From an uncultured virus (IMG/VR IMGVR_UViG_3300031566_004355) (lineage: Duplodnaviria; Heunggongvirae; Uroviricota; Caudoviricetes), in IMG/VR virus record IMGVR_UViG_3300031566_004355: a stretch of 64,000 bases of DNA. One strand, 5' to 3'. Shown here in pieces: positions 1 to 7,967 of the stretch. A program made the translations under genes and the position numbers. Position 1 is the first letter of the stretch; each line of letters begins with the position of its first letter. The notes beneath the pieces are model-generated. The model searched no databases and was not told the DNA's origin. It saw only the letters and a program-made list of their open reading frames with translations.

Positions 1-176
1 CTCTGGCACCCATCCACTCAGCACTCTCTCACCCACACACACCTGCAGCACAGAGAGGTTCTCTCGGAGAGGTTCGTGTGCCTATAGCTCACACGTTCAT
101 AGTATGTCCGTGGTACAGTTGTTCAGACCTGTACTGTGTCGCTCACCAAACCTTCTTCCGAACTCGGGGTGGGTTT
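1..176. other. Palindrome-rich non-coding left end; candidate genome terminus or replication origin
   Basis: Short inverted repeats GAGAG/CTCTC (53-65), CGTGTG/CACACG (75-95), GTACAG/CTGTAC (113-134), AAACC/GGTTT (148-176); direct repeat GAGAGGTTC at 53 and 67; lies directly upstream of the PolB operon. Confidence 0.4.
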
Positions 177-219
177 CTACCAGGATGTGCGTGTGGGCGC
201 GAATATAATATGGTATAAT
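177..219 (+). promoter_or_regulatory. Promoter P1: upstream box CTACCAGGATGTGC plus extended -10 TGGTATAAT
   Basis: GATGTGC 184-190, TATAAT 214-219, 23-nt gap; same architecture at four other operon starts. Confidence 0.75.
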
Positions 220-228
220 ATGGGTAGG

Positions 229-651
229 ATGGTGAACCGTGATGTCGTAGAGCTGTATAATATCGTTACGTCGGAGCCGGAGGGCCCAGACCACCGTGAG
301 GCGCGTCGTCTTACCCGTGCGTATATTCGTGAGATGTCGCCTGATGCTGTGCAGCGTGTCTGGGATAGACGTGCGGAGATTGAGGAGCGTGAGTTAGAGG
401 TGTTCTTTATGCGTAAGGAGGTGTTCATGCGTTTGGGGTTCATGGAGGCTGAGGCTGGGTTCTTTGCGCGGTGTAGGTTGAACAGCCCAGGTATTCGGAC
501 GCTCCTCAAGGAGCGTGTGCGGATTACACAGTACGCTACGGCAGAGGAGATAAAGCGCATAAACGTGGGTAGTCGTGGGACGTTAAAGGGCTTAACGAAG
601 CTTTACGGCGAAGGAGGCTTGTATGCCACGAGGAAGACCATTAGGGCGTAG
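229..651 (+). CDS. Hypothetical Arg-rich protein, paralog of the next gene; candidate terminal protein or PolB accessory factor
   Basis: Shares GFxEAE-x8-(N/S)SPG-x6-ERxR with 623..910; start moved from 136 to ATG 229 because P1 lies inside the longer ORF. Confidence 0.6.
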   Translation: MVNRDVVELYNIVTSEPEGPDHREARRLTRAYIREMSPDAVQRVWDRRAEIEERELEVFFMRKEVFMRLGFMEAEAGFFARCRLNSPGIRTLLKERVRITQYATAEEIKRINVGSRGTLKGLTKLYGEGGLYATRKTIRA

Positions 652-910
652 GCCGTCTGGGGAGGCTCTTGCGCGTCTCAAGACGTATCGTGTCTTGAGG
701 CTGCGTGCGGAGGGGTTTACTGAGGCTGAGATACGAGTGTACATGGACCGGAGGATTTCGTCGCCTGGTATGTTGCAGCTTCGACGTGAGCGTGCGAGGG
801 AGATTAGGGGGCTTTCGTCTGTGGAAATTGAGGAGTGGCGTGACCAGATGTATGAGGCCTACGATGAGATGTACGCTGCGGATAATTTGAGAAGGGTTTC
901 TCCGGATTAG
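623..910 (+). CDS. Hypothetical Arg-rich protein, paralog of 229..651; candidate terminal protein or PolB accessory factor
   Basis: SD AAGGAGG upstream; motif RLRAEGFTEAEIRVYMDRRISSPGMLQLRRERAR; stop is 2 nt before the polB start. Confidence 0.7.
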   Translation: MPRGRPLGRRPSGEALARLKTYRVLRLRAEGFTEAEIRVYMDRRISSPGMLQLRRERAREIRGLSSVEIEEWRDQMYEAYDEMYAADNLRRVSPD

Positions 911-912
911 GT

Positions 913-2646
913 ATGAAGGTACTGGATGTTGAGCTTCCTAGTGCCTACAGGAAGCACGGAGTGTCTGGGCGACTGGTTGTAGGCGTTGATTGTGAGTCGC
1001 TCACTACTGGGTATGCTTTTCTGCTCTGCGACTCGCGGGGTCGGTATACTTGGATTCGGTCGTTCGACGATGTGTTGACGTTCTTCAACCACGATGTCTA
1101 TGCTTATTGTATGCTGGTGTCGTTCAACATGAACTTCGATGCTGGTGTGATGCTGAAGTGGATGGGTAAGGAGTTGTGTACGAAGCTTGTCAACGAGCAT
1201 CGAGTTTCGCTGCCGACGTGTAACATAGAGTACATTCCTGGTAAGTACTTGCAGTTTCGCTTTGGTAACAGGTTCGTGCGTGTCTTTGATATAGCACAGT
1301 ACTTTCAGGGGTCATTGGACTTCAACGCTAAGATGTACTTGGGGCAGGCTAAGAAGGTTGTCAAGGATAAGATGTTTACTGAGGCGGACTATGGGCGTGT
1401 GAGGCTCGCTGAGTACTGCGAGTGGGATGCTGTGCTTGCTGAGGGTCTGGGTAAGTATGTTGTGGAGGCGTTCAGTAAGTTGGGTGTAGAGGTGTGGACG
1501 TTGGCGAGTCCTGCTGCAATTCTGGAGACTTATATTATCGACCAGCAGTTGATACGTAATCCTGTTCATTCAGTGCCTAAGGGTGCGTTGGAGTTGTCGA
1601 TTAAGTCCTTCAATGGGGCGTGGTTTGAGAACTTCAAGGCTGGTACGTTTCCGAGGACGTATCGTTATGACTTAGTTAGCGCGTATCCGTACGTGATAAG
1701 GGACTTAGTTGACTTGAGTCTTGGACGTTGGAGTGACAGCTTGAAGCGACCTAAGGGGGCGATGTATGGGCGGCTGGAGGGTGTTGTGACTGTACCAAAG
1801 TCGCATATCTCGCCGATAATGTTCCGGAATGAACAGGGTGACGTTTTGCACCCTCATGGTTCCTGGCCGACTTGCATTGCGATGCAGGAGTATGATTGGC
1901 TTTTGGAACACGGCGGCAAGATGGACGTTTGGAGTGCGCAATGGTTTGTCCCGTTTGCTAAGGTATGTAAGTACGAGGGGGTCGTTAACAAGTTCTTTGC
2001 GGTTAAGCGGAATGCGGCGGCGGACTCGATGGAGCGGTGGTCTGCTAAGATTGCGCTCACGGGCATGTACGGTAAGTTCTTGCAGCATCGTGGTGGAGTT
2101 GGTGGACGTTTGTACAATCCGGTGTACGCGTCGGAGATAACTTCGCAGGTGAGGTTGATGTGCGCAGATGCTTGTATGCAGGACCCCGACAACGTTATTG
2201 CAGTGATGAGTGACTGTGTGACTTCTATGAATGCACTGTCGCTACCTCTGGGTAAAGAGATTGGACAGTGGAGTAAGCAGGGTCCTAATGCGTCGTTGTG
2301 GATTGGACCCGTACAGTACGAGGCTGAGGGTCAGGACTACCGGTTCCGTCGAATTCCGTGGCGGAGTTTGTTGGAGTCTGCTCCTGGAGATGTTGAGTAT
2401 GACGTGGTGAGACATGGCCCTCTTAGTCTGGTACAAGGGGTCGTACAGAATAGATTTGATGACGTTGGGGTGTTTGTGGACATTCCTCTGACTTTTAACA
2501 TCCGAAAGCTGAACTGGCGGAGGTTTTGGCCTGAGCGGCCGAAGTGTGGTCGGGACTTACTGACTCGACAGTACGATAGTAGACAAATCCATGTTACGTC
2601 GAGGCTTAAGCCCGAGGACATGGTGCTTTGGGCTATGGACGGGTAG
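913..2646 (+). CDS. polB: Family B DNA polymerase, protein-primed-like clade, divergent
   Basis: ExoI DCE, ExoII FNMNFD, ExoIII YCEWD, motif A YDLVSAYP, motif B KIALTGMYGKF, motif C-like VMSDC; 577 aa, similar in size to phi29-type enzymes. Confidence 0.85.
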   Translation: MKVLDVELPSAYRKHGVSGRLVVGVDCESLTTGYAFLLCDSRGRYTWIRSFDDVLTFFNHDVYAYCMLVSFNMNFDAGVMLKWMGKELCTKLVNEHRVSLPTCNIEYIPGKYLQFRFGNRFVRVFDIAQYFQGSLDFNAKMYLGQAKKVVKDKMFTEADYGRVRLAEYCEWDAVLAEGLGKYVVEAFSKLGVEVWTLASPAAILETYIIDQQLIRNPVHSVPKGALELSIKSFNGAWFENFKAGTFPRTYRYDLVSAYPYVIRDLVDLSLGRWSDSLKRPKGAMYGRLEGVVTVPKSHISPIMFRNEQGDVLHPHGSWPTCIAMQEYDWLLEHGGKMDVWSAQWFVPFAKVCKYEGVVNKFFAVKRNAAADSMERWSAKIALTGMYGKFLQHRGGVGGRLYNPVYASEITSQVRLMCADACMQDPDNVIAVMSDCVTSMNALSLPLGKEIGQWSKQGPNASLWIGPVQYEAEGQDYRFRRIPWRSLLESAPGDVEYDVVRHGPLSLVQGVVQNRFDDVGVFVDIPLTFNIRKLNWRRFWPERPKCGRDLLTRQYDSRQIHVTSRLKPEDMVLWAMDG

Positions 2647-2655
2647 ATGTGAGCT

Positions 2656-2698
2656 CTAGTCTGATGTGCTAGCGTTTAGGTGAAACCTATGGTATAAT
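2656..2698 (+). promoter_or_regulatory. Promoter P2: box CTAGTCTGATGTGC plus TGGTATAAT
   Basis: GATGTGC 2663-2669, TATAAT 2693-2698, 23-nt gap. Confidence 0.75.
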
Positions 2699-2704
2699 AT
2701 GGGT

Positions 2705-2824
2705 ATGATATGGGAAGTGCCGAGAGACACGATGTTCTGGTTTACGGTCAGTATTGTTGCGTTTTTGTTGGTGTGGTCGATTGTGATGTTGGTTGGCATG
2801 CGCAAGTTCGGAGGTGGGAAATGA
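2705..2824 (+). CDS. 39-aa single-TM membrane peptide, probably leaderless
   Basis: MIWEVPRDTMFWFTVSIVAFLLVWSIVMLVGMRKFGGGK; ATG 7 nt after the -10 hexamer; stop overlaps the next ATG (ATGA). Confidence 0.55.
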   Translation: MIWEVPRDTMFWFTVSIVAFLLVWSIVMLVGMRKFGGGK

Positions 2825-2982
2825 CGACAAGCTCGCCTATTCGTAAGGTTCACGACGTTCCGATTGTTAGGCCTGTGCGTACGTGTACGCCCCGGCAGTT
2901 GCCTAGTCCAGATGAGCGTACGTGGGTTCCTGTTATGCCTTTTGTGCCCGACAGGGAGAAGGTGAAGGTTGAAGCCAAATAA
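2821..2982 (+). CDS. Small Pro-rich hypothetical protein
   Basis: SD GGAGGTG upstream of ATG 2821. Confidence 0.5.
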   Translation: MTTSSPIRKVHDVPIVRPVRTCTPRQLPSPDERTWVPVMPFVPDREKVKVEAK

Positions 2983-3751
2983 GGATAGAGAGCGCGAGTT
3001 GGAGCGCGAGTACATACTTCAGGGCATGAGTTACAAGCGAGCTCGTAGTCAGGCCAAAGCGCGGTACGTGCGTGAGTATGTGGGGTATCTAAGGATTGAG
3101 GACCCTACGGAGTATGCACGTCTGCAGAAGATGCTCAATAATACTGACTTTGCGGAGTCGGAGCGTCAGCGACGTGAGCGTGAGCGTTACCTCGAGGTGC
3201 ACACTCGACGAGAGCGTGCCCTGAGGGCTTTGGTTGATGTTGGATTGCCGCTACCCTTCATAGCTGCTGACGATTTTGTGGCGTTTAGGTCCTGGACGAT
3301 TAATGGGGGTGGTAGGATACAAGGTGTTGGTGCTGGTTCGGGCTATGAGTGGAAAGAGGTTAACTTCGCTGATTGTGTTCCAACGGAGTGGAACCAGCAC
3401 GGCTTCTACTGTTGGCGTATCAATGCTCAGACTCTAGTTACTGGGGGTATCGGAGGGTACTTTGATGGTAGGGCTGCGGGTTTGGTAGCGTTGAGTGGTA
3501 AGATAGTGGAGCATGCGGATGGTGTTCTCAGGGCCGAGTGTGCTAGGATTCGGTGCATTTGGTACTTGCCTAACGTTCCTGCCGACGCGTATCTTGAGGT
3601 TCCGTGGCTTAGAGCGGCGTACCCTACGACACCTCTGTTTGTGACTACTAAGGCTCGCGCGGCTGATGCGTTGCTTAGGATTGCAGTAATGCTCGAGTGG
3701 CGCGACGGTGAGGACTTTGTTGAGAGCTTTGGAATGCGAGGTCAGCGGTGA
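2969..3751 (+). CDS. Hypothetical phage-type protein (HGFY...GxIVEH...RA motif)
   Basis: 260-aa ORF; N-terminal coiled coil, C-terminal motif pattern I associate with uncharacterised phage proteins. Confidence 0.6.
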   Translation: MKPNKDRERELEREYILQGMSYKRARSQAKARYVREYVGYLRIEDPTEYARLQKMLNNTDFAESERQRRERERYLEVHTRRERALRALVDVGLPLPFIAADDFVAFRSWTINGGGRIQGVGAGSGYEWKEVNFADCVPTEWNQHGFYCWRINAQTLVTGGIGGYFDGRAAGLVALSGKIVEHADGVLRAECARIRCIWYLPNVPADAYLEVPWLRAAYPTTPLFVTTKARAADALLRIAVMLEWRDGEDFVESFGMRGQR

Positions 3752-3913
3752 GTGGTAAGTGGATAGTGTTAATAGGTGCGGTAGTAGGCCTCCTACTGTA
3801 TTGGGCTCTAGAGTTGCTGGGCTGTCCGTTTTGGGCGTGTCTGCTCGGTGGCGTTGTGTCGACTGGTGTTGTTAGTATGGTTGTTGTGCGTATCGCGAGT
3901 CGCGTGGAGAGGA

Positions 3914-4114
3914 ATGAAGAGTAGGTTTGCGAAGCTGGCTGTTATGCTGGGCTTGATGTTGCTAGTTCTGGTTGGCTTTAGCATCCTGCTGTCGGCTCCG
4001 AAGGTGGCTATTGTCGGTGCGTGTTTATTGCTTGTGACTGCGTTGGGCATTGTTTTGGGAGCGCTTGCGATAGTGTGGTGGGGTATAGTGATGAGATATG
4101 ATGAAGGTGATTGA
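3914..4114 (+). CDS. Small 2-TM membrane protein
   Basis: Hydrophobic ORF with GGAGAGG upstream of ATG 3914. Confidence 0.5.
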   Translation: MKSRFAKLAVMLGLMLLVLVGFSILLSAPKVAIVGACLLLVTALGIVLGALAIVWWGIVMRYDEGD

Positions 4115-4276
4115 TGCCGGATAACGGGCTTCATTACCATCCAGCTCGCCGGTTGCACTGCCGTAAGTGTGGCTGCACAAAGTTTCACGACCGTAGCTCG
4201 TCGTTGCGACAGTGTGCTAACCCTGCCTGTGGTAAGTTCTACAGGACGAGGGAGCTTTATAGATAAGGAGGTAGGT

Positions 4277-4741
4277 ATGTCGGACACGGAAAGGTTAACT
4301 TCGGAGGTATGCTTTGAGTTGAGGCGGACTCACGAGGAGTTTGAGAGTCTCATGACTAGTGCATTCAGGACTCTAGGCCTTACGGTAGAGCAGTTTAGGG
4401 TGCTTACGGTTGTATGTGACAAGGGACCTGTGAATGTGAGTGACATTGCTCGGCGACTGTCGCGTAGTCCTAACAGTGCTACTATGATAGTTGACCGTAT
4501 GGTCAAGACTGGTTTGGTTAGGCGGGTGCGTCTTGGTAGGGACCGCAGGATAGTACATGTGTTTCCTACGCGACGTGCGGAGGCGGTCTTGCCTGCGGCA
4601 ATGGCAAAGAGTCATGAGCTTACTCAAGCGGTCTCAGTGGCGTTGCAGGACGAGGCCAAGCAGACTCTTGTCGAGTTGCTTGGACGGTTGCAGTGCAGGA
4701 TGGTCGAGTTGCGTCCGCGATTTGGCTGGGACAAGAAATGA
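4277..4741 (+). CDS. MarR-family winged-helix transcription regulator
   Basis: GLTVEQFRVL...VSDIARRL...TMIVDRMVKTGLVRR...DRR; SD AAGGAGGT. Confidence 0.85.
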   Translation: MSDTERLTSEVCFELRRTHEEFESLMTSAFRTLGLTVEQFRVLTVVCDKGPVNVSDIARRLSRSPNSATMIVDRMVKTGLVRRVRLGRDRRIVHVFPTRRAEAVLPAAMAKSHELTQAVSVALQDEAKQTLVELLGRLQCRMVELRPRFGWDKK

Positions 4742-4962
4742 AATCTTTGGGAGAGTGTGAGCAGAGAGACTATGAGCGCCAGCAGATAATCCCGAAGGCG
4801 GTAGAAGCTGCTGACAGAATCATACTGGATGGTTCGGATGGGAGTGTTGAGGAAACTGATTGGTTTACATCTGAGGTAGCTAAGAAGTTTGTTGAGAAGG
4901 TAGGCATTGCAATGTCTGCTAAGTTAACTCATAAAGATTTAGAATAAGGGAGGTATAGAACT

Positions 4963-5619
4963 ATGAGGTTATTTGAGACGAGGAAGGATAGGTGGCCTAG
5001 ACAGGCTGGCAAAGCAGTACTAGAGTATGAGCATACGGGTGAGCCGGTTAGAGAGGGAAATAAGATTATCATACCGGATGACGGAAGAGTTGAGCTTTTC
5101 AGGCTCCAGAAGGGCTGGAATCAGTTTCTGGTAGGTCTTGGAGAGAACTCTTTGTGGTTCGGGGGCACGGACGAGAATCCCTTCTTGGTCAGGCTTGGCT
5201 CAGACGTCTTTGATGAATTTGTCCAGAGCCCTAAGGGGTTCTACTCACTGCTTGTACCCAAGTTGATTAGGAACTTACAGGAAAAGTTCCCGTCAGTAAC
5301 GTATGTGAGGCAGGGGGATATATTTGCATTTCCACTTCCGTATTCCTGGGAGGAGCTGGAGAAGGCTTTCAATATCTGTCACTGGTACACACTAGCTTAC
5401 AAGGAGGTGAAGAAGGCCGAGTTGATGTTGTTTGGGACTAGGCACACGCTCAGTGGTGTTAACCTTGTAGTTGGTGAGGAAAGTGGCTTCTTTAGGGGTC
5501 TCGTTACTCAATTAGTGGAGGGGACAGTGAATGCACCCGACCATACAACTAGGGTACTTGAGGGTCCTCACGTTATTGCGCAGACTGCACATTTATATTC
5601 TCCCAAGGAGGCGGACTAA
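4963..5619 (+). CDS. Hypothetical protein with RQGD...H...H motif
   Basis: YVRQGDIF, GTRH, APDH; SD GGAGGT. Confidence 0.6.
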   Translation: MRLFETRKDRWPRQAGKAVLEYEHTGEPVREGNKIIIPDDGRVELFRLQKGWNQFLVGLGENSLWFGGTDENPFLVRLGSDVFDEFVQSPKGFYSLLVPKLIRNLQEKFPSVTYVRQGDIFAFPLPYSWEELEKAFNICHWYTLAYKEVKKAELMLFGTRHTLSGVNLVVGEESGFFRGLVTQLVEGTVNAPDHTTRVLEGPHVIAQTAHLYSPKEAD

Positions 5620-6209
5620 TGATTGGTGATTACGACATAGAGGTGAAGTTAGTTGCTGTTACTCCCAATGCCGAGAAGCTAATAGAAGAGGCAGGAAGGT
5701 TGTGTTGGGACACACAGGACAAAACAGGCACGGTACCCGACCGAATTCAGAAATGGATAGAAGTCGGACACGAGACAATGATTGAGCATGCTTGTGCTAC
5801 CTTCTACATTCGCTGCAGTAGGGTCGTAACCCACGAACTTGTCAGGCACAGATTGGCAAGTTACAGTCAGAGAAGCCAGCGATATGTGAACGAGAGTAGT
5901 CCACGATTCATAGAGCCTCCTGACTTCACTAATGATACGTATGTGGCGCAGCTATTCCAGAATGCTATGGCGGACTGCTGGTGGACTTACCAGCAATTTC
6001 TGGAGCACGGGATTCCTCGAGAGCTTGCTCGCTACGTTCTTCCTAATGCCTGTGAGACCCAGATAATGGCAACCTGGAACTTTCGTGAAATTCGTCATAT
6101 CATCAAGCTGCGCACATCCAAAAGAGCACTTCCTGAGATGAGAGCAGTTGCGGGTGAGATACGCCGAATAGCAAAGGAAATGGCACCTCAAGTATTTGAG
6201 GACTTATAG
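5619..6209 (+). CDS. thyX: Flavin-dependent thymidylate synthase
   Basis: ThyX signature RHRLASYSQRSQRY, GHETMIEH, ELARYVLP, WNFRE. Confidence 0.95.
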   Translation: MIGDYDIEVKLVAVTPNAEKLIEEAGRLCWDTQDKTGTVPDRIQKWIEVGHETMIEHACATFYIRCSRVVTHELVRHRLASYSQRSQRYVNESSPRFIEPPDFTNDTYVAQLFQNAMADCWWTYQQFLEHGIPRELARYVLPNACETQIMATWNFREIRHIIKLRTSKRALPEMRAVAGEIRRIAKEMAPQVFEDL

Positions 6210-6220
6210 GGAGGAACCAT

Positions 6221-6418
6221 ATGCTAGAGCATTATGACGCCTACATAGTCGATTCTAAGGGTGAGTCTTGGGGGGCGAGTTTAGGTCGAGAGAGTTCTGA
6301 GGAAGCAGAGAAGTGTGCTCGAGAACATTTGAGTCGTAGGCTTGGGGCTGAGTTGAACTACAAGCCAGCGAAGCTCGTGATTTTCAAGTGTGTGTCTGTT
6401 TCGGAAGTTTCTTTGTAG
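6221..6418 (+). CDS. Hypothetical protein
   Basis: SD GGAGG, ATG start, fits operon. Confidence 0.55.
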   Translation: MLEHYDAYIVDSKGESWGASLGRESSEEAEKCAREHLSRRLGAELNYKPAKLVIFKCVSVSEVSL

Positions 6419-6434
6419 ATAAGGGGAACGGAGA

Positions 6435-6617
6435 ATGAATAGGCTTGAGTGGTTGTTTGTCCTACTATTTCTTATTGGAACGGTCGTTTTGGCAAGTTTC
6501 GGAATAGACCATGCTGGAGAGAGTATGGTTATTGCAATAATCTCTCCTATACTACTTGTGGCTGCAGTAACCCTTGGTGTTGCAATCACTCTTGCTAAAT
6601 TCACAAGGAGAGGGTAG
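6435..6617 (+). CDS. Small 2-TM membrane protein
   Basis: Two hydrophobic segments; GGAG upstream. Confidence 0.55.
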   Translation: MNRLEWLFVLLFLIGTVVLASFGIDHAGESMVIAIISPILLVAAVTLGVAITLAKFTRRG

Positions 6618-6625
6618 AACGTTAG

Positions 6626-6795
6626 GTGCTGGTGTCCTACTGCTGTTGGGACGGCCAATACTCGCTAGACAGTGGCTTGCTGTGGCAGTAGGTGACTTAG
6701 AGTTTAGGTAACGATTGCCTCACTCTAGGAAGACGAGAGGGTGACAAGTGTCTAGCCCCTAAGACGTAGTAGGTTCAAATCCTGCCACCGGCACA
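6626..6795 (+). ncRNA. tRNA-like RNA with a large structured insert in place of the anticodon arm
   Basis: Acceptor-like stem GTGCTGGTG (6626-34) / CACCGGCAC (6786-94); canonical T arm GTAGG-TTCAAAT-CCTGC (6769-85); D-like hairpin GTCCTA/TGGGAC; internal stem GCTAGACA/TGTCTAGC. Confidence 0.6.
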
Positions 6796-6797
6796 AA

Positions 6798-6974
6798 GTC
6801 TGAGCTGAAAGAGTGACCACGCTTCATCTCAAGAGATAGGTGAGTCCTTGTTATAGTAGAGAGGTAGGCTCAGGCGAGGGTGCCGGTTACTCCGATAGGA
6901 CGCCTAGGGCAGGACAGGCAGTTACTTGCTGAAGGAAGCAAACACGAGCGCCAGGGATGGAGTCGAACAACGGC
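6798..6974 (+). ncRNA. Two further putative structured RNA domains
   Basis: Closing stem GTCTGAGC (6798-6805) / GCTCAGGC (6868-75); GCCG..ACTCC / GGAGT..CGGC (6882-6974) followed by a T run; no convincing ORF. Confidence 0.4.
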
Positions 6975-7167
6975 TTTTTATGCTGGAGGGTAGCTCGATT
7001 TGCGCAGTCTGACTGAATGAGGAGCGGGTGAAAATGAGCCGGTGTCCATACTGTTTCTCCTTTTTTTAGAGGCGCGGAAGAGGCACGAGTTGTGTCTCTT
7101 CCGCCTACCGGAGTGGTAGAAAGGACTATGCAGACTGGTCGGAAAAGGTTTCAGGTAAGGAGACGAT

Positions 7168-7461
7168 ATGACAAAGAAGAGGAAGAGAGTATTCACAAGA
7201 GAGTGGGAGAAGCTAATTTGGAGACCCTTTGGTAGGTTTCTAGAGCTGCTGTTTCTCTTCCTGCTAGTCCAAGTTTTTGGTGCCCTGAGCGTAGTAATGT
7301 TGGCAGTCTACATCCTTCTGGGACTCCTCTGGTTCTTTAGTTTAGGGCATATTTTCCTTATCAAAGGTTGGAATAGCTACCTGGATAGAAAGGTTGGGCC
7401 TTTCCTACTCAATAAGCTTGGAAGAAAGCTAATACGTTTGCTGATTGGAAGGTCGGAGTGA
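7168..7461 (+). CDS. Membrane protein
   Basis: SD AAGGAG; long hydrophobic core with basic flanks. Confidence 0.55.
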   Translation: MTKKRKRVFTREWEKLIWRPFGRFLELLFLFLLVQVFGALSVVMLAVYILLGLLWFFSLGHIFLIKGWNSYLDRKVGPFLLNKLGRKLIRLLIGRSE

Positions 7462-7488
7462 TAGTAACGAAAAAAGGAGGTACGAAAA

Positions 7489-7689
7489 ATGGAAAAGCCA
7501 GATGTCGAGCTAGAAATTCAAAGGAACGAAAAGGGTAGAGTGATAAGGCTCTCCTATAAGGTGCATAATGCAGGTGATGAGGGAAAACGTGCAATGGAGG
7601 GTCTTGCACTAATGACCACGGCGATTGCGTCAATGTTTGAGTCCGAAGGTCCTGAAGACCACAGTACTCTCGTGGACGTGGGACTGTAA
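7489..7689 (+). CDS. Hypothetical protein
   Basis: SD AAGGAGGT. Confidence 0.55.
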   Translation: MEKPDVELEIQRNEKGRVIRLSYKVHNAGDEGKRAMEGLALMTTAIASMFESEGPEDHSTLVDVGL

Positions 7690-7697
7690 CTGAATAG

Positions 7698-7950
7698 ATT
7701 CCCAGCCACCAACAGGGTTAGGGGTGATTATAGTGGCAGTAAAGGACTGTGATTGCGAAATACCAATCTGTCGTTCCGTCCCCGTGCTACTGGCTGGGAA
7801 TGTGCTGGTGCAGGTAGGCTCAAATTGGAGTTCGACTCTCTGAGCCAGTGCAAGCTGAGGGTGAGGGTGCATAAGACCTGTAGAGCTGATGTTGAGAAAT
7901 AGGACTAAGGCTATGTCTAGTGGTGTAAAGTCCACCGGCCCTCACCCTCA
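7698..7950 (+). ncRNA. Three abutting putative structured RNA domains, one a T-loop minihelix
   Basis: Perfect 11-bp stem 7698-7708/7791-7801; GGCTCA..GAG-TTCGACT-CTC-TGAGCC (7817-46); 13-bp stem 7856-68/7938-50. Confidence 0.55.
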
Positions 7951-7967
7951 AAGAAGAGAAAATAAGT

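Noticed and set aside
136..228. N-terminal extension of the first ORF from 136
   Set aside because: It spans promoter P1 and the palindromic region; ATG 229 is the more plausible start
2710..2820. 90-aa ORF 2710..2982 as a single gene
   Set aside because: Better explained by a 39-aa TM peptide (2705..2824) coupled to an SD-led ORF from 2821
6626..6795. Canonical tRNA or tmRNA
   Set aside because: No 7-nt anticodon loop at the expected position, no G3-U70 pair or tag ORF, and the length fits neither
6914..6945. SRP RNA resemblance (GAAGGAAGCA)
   Set aside because: The conserved CAGG-x-GGAA-x-AGCAG internal-loop geometry is not present
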